Source of the DNA: an uncultured Actinomycetota bacterium
GTDB taxonomy: Bacteria; Actinomycetota; Actinomycetes; JACCUZ01
DNA: 64,000 nt
Assembly (NCBI GenBank): GCA_963829565.1
Contig: CAWHJC010000014.1
Span: 37,601 to 101,600 of the forward strand
Direction of reading: 5' to 3'
Shown here: positions 47,083 to 57,551 of the stretch, piece after piece
Position numbering within the stretch: the stretch's first letter is position 1
Layout of the letters: every line of letters begins with the position of its first letter
Translations under genes and position numbers: made by a program
The notes under the pieces: model-generated
Database searches by the model: none
What the model was told of the DNA's origin: nothing
Seen by the model: the letters and a program-made list of their open reading frames with translations, nothing else

Positions 47083-47352
47083 ATGGCCACGGCCGGTCGA
47101 AGCCTGTACGCGCTCGCCGGACGGGTGGGTCGGCGCCGCCGCCCCGACCCGCCGGTCGTCGTGACGGTGGTGCTCGACTCGGGGGAGCAGGTCACCGTCC
47201 CGCCGCGACTCACCGCTGGCCCGGGCCATGGGACAGGTCGCCGGCTTGCTGGCGCACTGGTGAGCCCGCAGCGGCCGCTGGTGACTACAGGAACGGGACC
47301 CGCCGCCCGATGGTCACTGAGGACATCGGCTCAGGGAGAGGACGTGGCGTGA
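47083..47352 (+). CDS. Hypothetical 89-aa ORF between GTPase and pilB
   Basis: ATG 1 nt after GTPase stop; stop overlaps pilB GTG (GTGA); no recognisable motif. Confidence 0.35.
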   Translation: MATAGRSLYALAGRVGRRRRPDPPVVVTVVLDSGEQVTVPPRLTAGPGHGTGRRLAGALVSPQRPLVTTGTGPAARWSLRTSAQGEDVA

Positions 47353-49014
47353 AGCAGCTGGGCGACATCCTGCTGGAAGGCGGGCTGGTCAACCCGACCC
47401 AGCTCGAGCTCGCCTACGCCGAGCAGGAGCGGGTCGGACGAGCCCTCGGTCGGGTCCTGATCGAGCAGGGCGTCCTGACCGAGTCCCAGCTGGTCTCGGC
47501 GCTGGCGACCCAGATCGGCCTGCGCTTCGTCGACCTCTCGGACTTCCCGGTGGACGGCTCCGCCATCGGCCGGATCCCGGGTCCCGTGTGCCGCCGGCAC
47601 GCGGCGATGCCGATCGGCTTCGAGGACGGCAAGCTGCTGGTCGCCATGGCCGACCCGGCCAACGTGTTCGCGATCGACGACATCCGCTCGCTGACCGGCA
47701 TGGACGTCAAGCCGGTGGTCGCCACCCGCGGCGACGTCGCCGCTGCCATCGACCGCTACTACCGCGCCGACTCCGACCTCGACGACATCTCCGCCGTCCT
47801 GGACGCCCAGGAGGAGGAGGACGAGCTCTCCAAGGTCAAGGAGATCGTCGAGGACGCGCCGATCGTCAAGTACGTCAACCTGCTCATCACGCAGGCGATC
47901 CAGGACCGCGCGTCGGACATCCACCTCGAGCCGACGGAGACCGACCTACGGGTCCGCTTCCGCATCGACGGCGTCCTGCACGAGGTGATGCGCTCGCCCA
48001 AGGCGATCCAGTCGGGCGTCATCAGCCGGCTGAAGATCATGGCGGACATCAACATCGCCGAGCGCCGGATCCCCCAGGACGGTCGCCTCTCCGTCAACGC
48101 CCACGGCCGCAAGATCGACCTCCGGGTCGCCACGCTGCCGACGGTGTGGGGCGAGAAGGTCGTCATGCGAATCCTGGACAACTCCACGGCGCGCCTCGAC
48201 CTGACCGACCTCGGCTTCTCCGAGGACAACTACGAGCGCTACTCGCGCAGCTTCACCAAGCCCTACGGGATGATCCTGGTCACCGGGCCGACCGGCTCCG
48301 GCAAGTCCACGACCCTCTACGCCACGCTGAACATCGTCAGCCGGCCAGAGGTGAACGTGATCACCGTCGAGGACCCGGTGGAGTACCGGCTGCCCGGCAT
48401 CAACCAGGTGCAGACCAACAACAAGGCCGGCCTGACCTTCGCCTCGGCGCTGCGCTCGATCCTGCGCTCGGACCCGGACATCGTGCTCATCGGTGAGATC
48501 CGGGACCACGAGACCGGACAGATCGCCGTCGAGGCAGCCCTCACCGGTCACCTCGTGCTGTCGACCCTGCACACCAACGACGCCCCCTCGGCGGTCACCC
48601 GGCTGACCGAGATGGGCATCGAACCGTTCCTGGTGGGGTCGGCGCTGGACGCCGTTCTCGCCCAGCGCCTCGCCCGCCGGCTGTGCGTCAAGTGCAAGGA
48701 GGCGTACACGCCGACCCGGGAGTCCCTGGTGGCGTCGCGGTTCCCGTGGTCGGACGACAAGCCGCTGCCGGAGCTGTTCCGGCCGATCGGCTGCTCGGCG
48801 TGCGCCAAGACCGGCTACAAGGGCCGCCTGGCCCTGCACGAGGTGATGATCGTCAGCGAGGAGGTCGAGCGGCTCGCGGTCGAGCGCGCCTCGGCCACGG
48901 TCATCTCGCAGGTCGCGCGGGAACGAGGGCATGCGGACGCTGCGGGACGACGGGCTGGACAAGGTCCTCGCGGGCGTCACATCGATGGACGAGATCCTCC
49001 GGGTCGTCGTCTAA
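47349..49014 (+). CDS. pilB: Type IV pilus assembly ATPase PilB (late frameshift)
   Basis: MshEN-like QLGDILLEGGLV...LGRVLIEQG; ASDIHLEP, AERRIPQDG, GPTGSGKSTT, EDPVEY, RSDPDIVLIGEIRD, STLHTND; Cys pairs CVKC and CSAC. Confidence 0.93.
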
Positions 49015-49039
49015 AGGCTTGGCAAGGTCGCCCTCCCGG

Positions 49040-49066
49040 CTCAAGCCAGGGGCCGACCCGGCCGAT
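49040..49066 (+). promoter_or_regulatory. sigma28/WhiG-like promoter CTCA-N17-GCCGAT before pilT
   Basis: CCCGGCTCAAG...GCCGAT, 61 nt upstream of GTG 49128. Confidence 0.65.
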
Positions 49067-49127
49067 CCTTCGCGAGAACAGGTGCGCCCGCCGTCCGCGG
49101 GCCACCGGAGCTGAGAGGGGTCAGCAC

Positions 49128-50727
49128 GTGGAGACGTCCGGATACCAGCCGGTCCCGAGTGAGCCGGGGGGCTTCACCTCGATGCCCGTCCCCGTGCCCG
49201 AGGAAGAGGCACCGGCCGGCGAGGGGTGGACCTACTCCTCCTCGGCCGACGCGCGCGCCCGAGGCCGAGGCGCCGCTGGACGGCACCGTCTCCTTCGCCG
49301 AGCCGCCCGCTGCTTTCGCCGAGCCCGTCCCTTCGCCGAGCCGGTCTCCTTCGCCGAGCCGGTTGCGTACGCCGAGGCCGCTGCGTTCGCCGAGCCGGTT
49401 CCGCCGGCCGAGCCGGCGGCCGACCCGCTCGGGCGCCGGGTACGCCCTGGAGCAGTCGAACGTCCCGGTGCAGGCACCCCCGCCCTACGCGCTGCCCGAG
49501 CAGGCCGCCCCGGCGGCGAGCTCGCATCGCCCCTCGTCGCGGCCTTCGCGGGCGAGGTCGTGACCCTTCGAGGCGGGCGAGTCCTCCGTGCTGATCGCCG
49601 AGTCGGAGGCCGAGGAGTCGGCCTACCAGCGCGGCTCCACCGAGGCGGAGGGTGACGAGAACGACATCACCCTCAACGACCTGCTGATGCACGTGCTCGA
49701 CACCGGCGCCTCCGACCTGCACCTCACGTCGGGCGCCCGGCCCGCGATCCGCCTGAACGGCGAGCTGAAGCAGCTCGAGGACCAGCCGATCCTCACCCCG
49801 CCCGTGATCCAGCGGGTGATGTACGCGGCCCTGACCCAGAAGCAGCGGGAGAAGTTCGAGGAGAACCTCGAGCTCGACTTCGCCTACAGCGTGCCCGGCC
49901 GAGCCCGGTTCCGCGTCAACATCTACCGCCAGCGCGACGCGCTCGGTGCGGCCTTCCGCATCATCCCGTTCGAGATCCGCAAGCTCGAGGACCTGGGCGT
50001 CCCGCCGTCGGTGGCGAACTTCGCCTCGCTCCCGCGCGGCTTCGTCCTCGTCACCGGCCCGACCGGCTCGGGCAAGTCCACGACGCTGGCCTCGCTGATC
50101 GACCTCGCGAACCGGACCCGCAGCGAGCACATCATGACCGTCGAGGACCCGATCGAGTTCCTCCACCGGCACCAGAAGTGCATCGTGAACCAGCGCGAGG
50201 TGGGGGAGGACACCTGGTCCTTCCAGAACGCGCTCAAGCACGTGCTCCGCCAGGACCCCGACATCATCCTGGTCGGCGAGATGCGCGACCTCGAGACGAT
50301 CTCGGTCGCCCTGACCGCCGCCGAGACCGGTCACCTCGTCTTCGCCACCCTGCACACCCAGGACGCGGCCCAGACGATCGACCGCATCATCGACGTCTTC
50401 CCGACCAACCAGCAGCAGCAGGTCCGCGTCCAGCTGGCCGGCTCGCTGCAGGGTGTGGTCTGCCAGACCCTGGCCAAGACCCGCGACGGGCGCGGCCGAG
50501 CGGTGGCCACCGAGGTGCTGGTCGCCACGCCGGCGATCCGCAACCTGATCCGCGAGGGCAAGACGCACCAGATCTACTCGGCGATGCAGGCCGGGGCCAA
50601 GCACGGCATGCACACGATGGACCAGCACCTCGCGGACCTGGTCATGAAGGGCAAGATCACCTACGAGGTCGGCCTCGAGAAGTGCCACCACGTCGAGGAC
50701 TTCAACCGGCTCTCCGGCCGAGGCTGA
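49128..50727 (+). CDS. pilT: Type IV pilus retraction ATPase PilT with ~170-aa disordered N-terminal extension (indels in extension)
   Basis: GASDLHLTSG, RFRVNIYRQR, GPTGSGKSTTLA, EDPIEF, LRQDPDIILVGEMRD, AETGHLVFATLHT, AIRNLIRE. Confidence 0.95.
49288..49415 (+). repeat. About seven imperfect 18-bp coding tandem repeats (VSFAEP-like hexapeptides)
   Basis: GTCTCCTTCGCCGAGCCG and variants in tandem. Confidence 0.75.
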
Positions 50728-50738
50728 GAGGCATTCCG

Positions 50739-51970
50739 ATGGCAGCGACGCTGACTTTCCAGTACTCGGTGCGCGACCGCACCGGCAAGATCGTCTCCGG
50801 GACGCTCGAGGCGGAGTCCCAGACCGCCGTGGCCTCCAAGCTGAAGCAGATGGGCTACGCGCCCGTCAGCATCACCAAGTCCAAGGCCGGGATGAAGACG
50901 GACATCAACATCCCGGGCTTCGGCAAGAAGAAGGTGAAGCTCAAGGACCTGGCGGTCATGTCGCGACAGTTCGCGACGATGATCAACTCCGGCCTGTCGA
51001 TGCTTCGCTCGCTGACCATCCTGGCGGAGCAGACCGACAACAAGGAGCTCGCCCGGGTCCTTGGGCGAGGTGGGCAAGGACGTGGAGACCGGCGGCGCGC
51101 TGTCGGCGTCGCTGGCCAAGCACCCGAACGTCTTCCCGCCGTTGTTCGTCAACATGTGCCGGGCCGGCGAGGTCGGGGGCTTCCTGGACTCCGTGCTCCT
51201 CCAGATCGCGGCGAACTACGAGGCCGAGGTCAAGCTGCGCGGCAAGGTCAAGTCCGCGATGACCTACCCGGTCGTCGTGCTCGTGATGGCCATCCTCGCC
51301 GTGATCGGCATGCTGCTGTTCATCGTCCCGACGTTCGCCGCGATGTTCGACACCCTCGGCGGTGAGCTGCCGGCTCCCACCAAGATCCTCGTGTGCGATG
51401 TCCAACCTGCTCAAGGTGGGCGCGCCGTTCCTGCTCGTCGGTGCTGATCGCCGCGTTCGTCACGTGGGGCAAGGTGAAGCACAAGCCGCAGGTCCGCAAC
51501 GTCGTCGACCCGCTCAAGCTCAAGATCCCGGTCTTCGGCAAGCTGTTCCAGAAGATCGCCCTGAGCCGGTTCGCCCGCAACCTCGGCACCATGATGCACT
51601 CCGGCGTGCCGATCCTGCAGAGCCTCGAGATCGTCGTCGGACACCACCGGCAACGTCGTCCTGGCACGGGCGATCCGCGACGTCCAGGACAGCGTCCGGA
51701 GCGGTGAGTCGTTGGCCGCCCCGCTGGCCAACCACCCGGTCTTCCCGCCCGATGGTGGTGCAGATGATGTCCGTCGGTGAGGACACCGGCGCGCTGGACA
51801 CCATGCTGCACAAGATCTCCGAGTTCTACGACCAGGAGGTCGAGGCGACGACCGAGTCGCTGACCGCGCTGATCGAGCCGCTGATGATCGCCTTCCTCGG
51901 CGGCATCGTCGGGTCCATGATCATCGCGCTCTACATGCCGATCTTCAAGATCTTCGACCTGATCGAGTAG
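50739..51970 (+). CDS. pilC: Type IV pilus platform protein PilC (indels)
   Basis: RQFATMINSGL, HPNVFPPLF, AGEVGGFL, KVKSAMTYP, GEDTGALDTML, LIEPLMI, ALYMPIF. Confidence 0.93.
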
Positions 51971-51983
51971 CCGACCCCAGCTC

Positions 51984-52022
51984 GCCGGAGGGCCGGACCC
52001 TGACAGGGTCCGGCCCTCCGGC
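51984..52022 (+). terminator. 19-bp perfect hairpin after pilC
   Basis: GCCGGAGGGCCGGACCCTG-A-CAGGGTCCGGCCCTCCGGC. Confidence 0.75.
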
Positions 52023-52072
52023 TGTTCGACCTAGCCCCTTCGGGTGGCCGGCAGAAATTTCCCGGTCAGCCG

Positions 52073-52103
52073 CTCAAGGCGGAGCGTCGCTCCGCACCGA
52101 AAA
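52073..52103 (+). promoter_or_regulatory. Possible sigma28-like promoter CTCA-N19-ACCGAAAA before the riboswitch/pilin
   Basis: GCTCAAG...ACCGAAAA; spacer 2 nt longer than the best copies and itself palindromic. Confidence 0.4.
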
Positions 52104-52124
52104 CCACCTTGTCAACGAGCCACA

Positions 52125-52217
52125 CCGGCCAGAAACGGCACACCCGTCGAAAGACGGGGTCGCAAAGCCAGGGAACCGCGTGACAGAGATCGCGGTCAGC
52201 CCAGCTGCCTCGGCCGG
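52125..52217 (+). ncRNA. c-di-GMP-I (GEMM) riboswitch in the major pilin leader
   Basis: GGCACACCCGTC-GAAA-GACGGGGTCGCAAAGCC aligns gap-free to the Vc2 P2 core as I recall it (G20=52137, GAAA loop 52149-52152, A47=52164); P3 ends CAGCCCAGCTGCC; P1 CCGGCC/GGCCGG. Confidence 0.88.
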
Positions 52218-52289
52218 CACCCCGTCAGGGTGCCGCGAGGGACCGGCGGCGTGGCTCACGGGAACGGTCCTGAAAGGACGGAGCATCAC

Positions 52290-52705
52290 ATGCTCGCTCG
52301 CATCCGCAAGTCGGCGGAGGAGAAGGACCAGGGCTTCACCCTGATCGAGCTCCTCGTCGTCATCATCATCATCGGCATCCTCGCCGCCATCGCCATCCCG
52401 GTCTTCCTGAACCAGCGGCAGAAGGGCTACAAGGCCGACATGAAGTCGGCGCCTGAAGAACATGCGCCACGGCCGTGGAGTCCTGCGCCACCGAGATCAA
52501 CGGCGACTACACCGGCACTGCACGCTGGCGGACCTGGAGGCCGACGAGGGCTTCAACTACTCGCCCGACCTCAGCCCGGTCGTCGTCCGTCGAGGCGACC
52601 GGACCGGCTACTGCCTCGAGCACCACGGACGACCCGCCTCGCCGGCAGCGACGTTCTACTACTCAGCGACCGACGGCGTTCCGTCGGAGAACCGCCTGCG
52701 TCTGA
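52290..52705 (+). CDS. pilA: Type IVa major pilin (indels in globular domain)
   Basis: Class III signal KDQG|FTLIELLVVIIIIGILAAIAIP; Cys residues in the head; downstream hairpin. Confidence 0.88.
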
Positions 52706-52721
52706 TCCACCGTCTCACCGG

Positions 52722-52752
52722 AGGGGCGGTCCCTGCTAACGGGCCGCCCCTT
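52722..52752 (+). terminator. Hairpin after major pilin
   Basis: AGGGGCGG-T-CCC...GGG-CCGCCCCTT. Confidence 0.6.
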
Positions 52753-52821
52753 CGGCGTATCAATTCACGGTCGCTTTACCCTGGCATGACGTTCAAGGCG
52801 AAAGCGAAAGGGGGTGAGCAC

Positions 52822-53229
52822 ATGCGAAGGAACGAACACGAACAGGCCGGCTTCACCCTGATCGAGCTGCTCGTCGTCATCATCATCATCGGCATCCTGG
52901 CGGCAATCGCGATCCCGGTGTTCCTCAACCAGCGGGAGAAGGGCTGGCGGTGCCCAAGCCGTAGCGACATGCGGAACGCCGCTACCGCAGTGGAGTCCTA
53001 CGCAGCCGACAGCGCCGGCTCCTACGCCGGCGTGAACGGCGCCAATCAGAGCTCGCCGGAGCTGCTCACCGAGGGCTTCCGTCCCGGCTCGCTGGTGTCG
53101 GTGGAGGTCGTCAGCACGTCCTCGGATTACTGCGTCCGAGGGTTCCACGACCAGCTCGACGACGAGTTCGTGTTCCGGAGCACCGACGGGGTCGTGAAGA
53201 GCGGCAACCCGGGCTTTATCCCTTGTTGA
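52822..53229 (+). CDS. Second type IV pilin paralogue
   Basis: EQAG|FTLIELLVVIIIIGILAAIAIPVFLNQR; intact ORF with purine-rich RBS region. Confidence 0.88.
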   Translation: MRRNEHEQAGFTLIELLVVIIIIGILAAIAIPVFLNQREKGWRCPSRSDMRNAATAVESYAADSAGSYAGVNGANQSSPELLTEGFRPGSLVSVEVVSTSSDYCVRGFHDQLDDEFVFRSTDGVVKSGNPGFIPC

Positions 53230-53231
53230 CC

Positions 53232-53276
53232 ATCGGCGTCGCGCGGAGGCTCAACCGGCCTCCGCGCGATGCCGAT
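53232..53276 (+). promoter_or_regulatory. 19-bp hairpin containing a CTCA-N17-GCCGAT promoter motif (53250-53276)
   Basis: ATCGGCGTCGCGCGGAGGC-TCAACCG-GCCTCCGCGCGATGCCGAT. Confidence 0.6.
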
Positions 53277-53309
53277 AGTCGAACCCGCGGCCAACCCAAG
53301 GAGGAGCAC

Positions 53310-53790
53310 GTGAGGCGTCCACGACGCGGCGACGACAGCGGCTTCACGCTGCTCGAGGCGATCAGCGTGTGCCTCCTGCTCGGCATCCTCGTCGGCATGG
53401 CAGTCGGGCCGTGGCAGTCCTACCGGCATGCCCGGGCCCATCGCGAGGCGCGCGACGAGGTCGTCGCCACGCTGCGTAACGCGCAGATCGCCTCCGTGGC
53501 CGAGAACATCACGTACCGGGTGGACATCTCGGGCACGACCGCAATCAGCTACCGGGTGCCCGTCGCCGGCACCGCGGTCGTGAAGCGCCGCTACGTCATC
53601 GAAGACCCGAAGATCGCCTTCGATCGGTCCCCAGTTCACGACTCCATCGGGTGGCACGTCGGCCTCCGTCTACTTCTACCCGCGAGGCTCGGCCGGAAAG
53701 GGCGACGTCGACGTCGTCCGCGACGGCGACACCAAGATCTACACCGTCTCAGTGGAAGGACTGACAGCTCGTGTCGCTTTCACGGACTGG
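53310..53790 (+). CDS. FimT/GspH-like minor pilin (indels, end approximate)
   Basis: DDSG|FTLLEAISVCLLLGIL; LRNAQIASVAEN; VYFYPRGSA in later frame. Confidence 0.75.
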
Positions 53791-53797
53791 TCGCCTC

Positions 53798-55494
53798 ATG
53801 GCGGCGCTGCGCGGACCGTCCGCAGACCGCGGCTTCAGCATGATCGAGATCCTCGTCGCAATCTCTTTGCTGGGCCTGCTCAGCGCGGCCATCGTGCCGT
53901 TGCTGATCACCGGGCTGCGCGCCTCGGTCGTCGCCAAGCTGGACACCGGCGCCAAGAACCTGTCGCAGCAGCGCTTCGAGCTGATGCGCAACCTGCCGTT
54001 CCGCATCGCGTACGACCCGGCCGTCACCACGGGTGTCGACATGCTGGACACGTACTTCCCGAACGTGGCGGCCCCGAGCGGCGGCGTGAACACCTCGGGG
54101 TACGTCACCACGCAGGCGCGGCGCACCGGCGAGCCGTCAGCGGGCCGTTCTACCGCAGGGTGTTCACGCAGAGCCTGGGCTCGACGGACTACACGCAGTA
54201 CGTCGCGACGCAGTTCCTCACCCCCGACGTGACACCCAAGCAGGCAGTGACCCCTCCCGACGGGCTACAGCACGACGACGACAGGAGCTGACCGGGCACC
54301 GTCCACGCTGGTCGGCGTCACGGTGATCACGGAGTGGGTCTACGGGACGCAGTCGAAGCGAATGACTGTGTACAGCGAGATCAGCGATGTCGCCCCCGGT
54401 GCACCACTCGTGACGCTGCAGGCACGTTCCTCGGCGCTGCGCGTGACAAGCACGGTCGGCGTCGATGTCGACCAGACCGACCTGCTGGTCGAGTCCGGCT
54501 CGATCAGCATCGACGGTGGGCTCTCCAGCGGCGCTCAGGCGGCATCGTCCGCCGCCGGCACTTTCGCATCGTCGACGCCCGGCACGCGGGTCGACGGCGC
54601 CACGCGCACGGCCGCCGCCCCACCGGACGTGGCCGCGCTCTCGCAGACCGACAACAGTCCTCACCAGCTCTACTGGAACGGGGACCTCGTGGCGGAGCTC
54701 CCGAGGTCGCTGGTGGACGGTGTCATGGTCAAGACCTCCTACGGCGACCCCAACGCCGGGACGAGCACCACGCCGGTGCGGGCCCAGAGCTACGGCGTCA
54801 CCGACATGAAGTTCACCAACAGGCCCAACCTTCACGTGGCGGACCCGGCCCTCGGCCTGGGCTCGGCTACGTGGTGCGGCAGCCGGCGGACGGCTCGACC
54901 CTGCAGTCGAGGGCGCGGGCCTACGCCGCCTCCGTCGGCGGAACGGCTCATTCATCGTCGGTGTGGTCGGACGCCTACGTCTCGGACGTCCAAGTGCTGC
55001 AGACCGACTTCGCCCGACGAGGGCTCATGCAGATGCGGCTCAACTCTGCGGCGATGACCTGCGCGTCGAACGGGACGGCGGCGAGCAGCGCCCCCGCATA
55101 CAGCGCGCAGATCCGGTTCCTGACGTACTCCTACACCTGCTGCGACGCCGAGCCTGGGAACGTACTCGTGGTCGGCCTGGACGACCATGAACGAGGCGCA
55201 GACCTCGGACCCGCTCGCGACTGTCAACCTCACGCCCGGGCCTGGCGGCGTCGCGGTCGGCTACAACGGCGGCCGGGTCGTCTACCTGGGGGAGTACGTC
55301 CAGGGGCTGGCCAGCCAGACCGCGGCGACCCTGTCGGCCAACACGGGTCATGGTCCATCGACGCGAACCGGGTTGAGGCCAGGTCGACCTCGATGGTCAG
55401 CGTCAGCACCGTCCCGTTGCGCGACGGCGAGCCGCTGTCCGCGGTCAACGTCTCGCTCGGCAACCTCTCCTGCATCGCCGAGGACAACCGATGA
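53798..55494 (+). CDS. Large (~560 aa) PilV-like minor pilin with beta-rich C-terminal region (multiple indels)
   Basis: ADRG|FSMIEILVAISLLGLL; QQRFELMRNLPF; ends LGNLSCIAEDNR* overlapping next ATG. Confidence 0.7.
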
Positions 55495-56202
55495 CCGGCC
55501 GCTGGCGCCAGATCCGCCGGGACGACCGCGGGCTGACGCTCGGTCGAGCTGCTCGTGTCGGTCGATCCTCGTCAGGATCATCGGCAGCGTGGTCTTCGCC
55601 AGCGGTCCTCGTCCACGCAGCGGGCGACCGAGACCAGCCGGCTGGTGAACGACCTCAATGGCGAGGCGCGGCTGGTGCTCAACCGGATGTCCCGGGAGCT
55701 GCGCGAGGCACAGCGGATCACCGCGGTGATCAACCCGGCGGGTCCCGGATACAGCGCGACTGCCGACTCGAGCATCACCTTCGAGGTGGACTTCAACGGC
55801 AACGGGACGATCGAGCCGAACGCCGCGGACCCGGAGGAGCTGACGTACTTCTACGACGTCAGCGCGCGGCAGCTGCAGCTGCAGGCGGCCGGCTCGGCGC
55901 TGCCCGTCCTCGCGGCGAACGTCGCCGGCTTCAAGATGAACTTCACGTCTCGGCGGTACGTCTACGACGGCACCACCACCGCCTCCGGCGGGGTGTGCGG
56001 AACGGTGACCGGGACGAAGGACGGTGTACGTCGACTGGCAAGAGGTCGACGGTCACTCATGGATGCTCTACGGCAACTGCAACGCGACCCTGGACGTCGA
56101 GCTGAACGTCATCGACTCGGTCTCCATCGACCTCAAGGTGCTCTTCGGCCCAGGCAGCAGCAGTACCAGACCCAGGTCGACCTTCGGAACGCGAAGCCAT
56201 GA
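55491..56202 (+). CDS. PilW-like minor pilin (indels)
   Basis: DDRG|LTL(V)ELLVS across an indel; EARLVLNRMSRELREA; ends TQVDLRNAKP*. Confidence 0.75.
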
Positions 56203-57523
56203 GCAGGGAGCTGCTAGCGATGACGTTCATGAGCGTCTCCGCGGCATTCGCGACGGGGACCGGGTGCCGCCATGATGACGGTGCCTGATGGCCGGGGCCG
56301 TCCTGACCGCCTCGGCTCTGGTCGATGGTCAACCTGTCCCTCACGAACCTGCGCAACGCCGGGCGCGACCGGGTGGCTGGTGGAGCCATGGGCGCGGCCG
56401 AGGCCGGGCTGTCCGAAGGCCGTCAACTACCTGCAGACGCACTCTGCCGGGGCCCTCAACTGCTCACCCTCCTGTTGATCGAACCCATGGGGCAACAGCT
56501 CCAGCGCCGATCCAGCTGACCTACCCCGACGGCGGGACCGCGCCGGTGTGGATCCAGGTGGTGCAGGCCTTCAACCCACCCGCGAACAAGGTGGCGACGT
56601 ACAAGATCCACGCGGTCGGGCGCACTGGCAACGGGCCGGGGCAGCGCGTGCTCGAGCAGACGGTGACCGGGCAGCCGCTTGAGCATCCCGATCGGCGTCT
56701 ACGCGACGAACATCACGATGAACGGCACGCCGCAGACCTTCAAGGAGTGGGTGTTCAGCAAGAACTGCATCGGCGGTCGCGAGAAGATGGACTTCGGCAC
56801 CGAGCCGGACGCCTACTTCGGCATCACGCCGGCCGCGCACTCGACGCAGTGGATCTACGAGAACAACGGGTCGTGCTCGTCGACGAACACCAGGAACATC
56901 CACAAGACCGTGGCGTGCAACACGCGCCTACCCGAACGACCAGGACGCCCAGGGTGGCGCCGTGTCGTCGCCCTGCTGGCCGGCGAACGGGACGTCAAGC
57001 TTCACGCAGGCCGACCTCGACACGCTACGGCAGCGGCCTGAACGACGACGAGCTGGCGTACCTCCGGTCGCAGGCGCAGGCGCAGGGGCAACTACTGGAC
57101 GAGCGGTGCCGCCTGGACGCCGCCGAACGCCGCGGTCCAGCCGCACGCCGTGATCTTCTTCGACCTGCCGGCGAGCGGCCCCGGCGCCACGGTGACCATC
57201 CAGAACGAGCTGGACAGCTACACCTGGAACGGTGAGTGCACCAGCACGCCCAAGACCGTCATCATCGTGATCAACAACGCGACCACGGGCAACGGCGGGG
57301 TGACGCTGAACAGCGGCAACGACCTGTCCGGTGCGCTCTTCGTCCAGAAGGGGACGCTGAAGTTCAACGGCACGGCGCACCTGGACCGGCACCATCTGGG
57401 CGGACACGATCGAGCAGTGGAACGGCAGCGCCACGTCGCAGCTCACCTCGTGCTTCCTGCAGAACCTGCCCGGCGGACTTCATGTCGGTCAAGTCGACAC
57501 GCTTCCGCGAGGTCGACCGCTAG
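56199..57523 (+). CDS. PilX-like minor pilin with large C-terminal domain (multiple indels)
   Basis: Reconstructed DRG|AAMMTVLMAGAV (no Glu5); AMGAAEAGLSEG; KIHAVGRTG; GALFVQKGTLKFNG. Confidence 0.7.
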
Positions 57524-57551
57524 GAGTCTCTGGCTCGCCTAGGGTCGACCG

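Noticed and set aside
52125-52217. cGAMP-sensing GEMM-Ib variant
   Set aside because: Position 20 is G (52137), not the A associated with cGAMP selectivity; ligand still needs testing
52822-53229. Silent pilS-type antigenic variation cassette
   Set aside because: The gene has its own start, leader peptide and complete alpha1 helix
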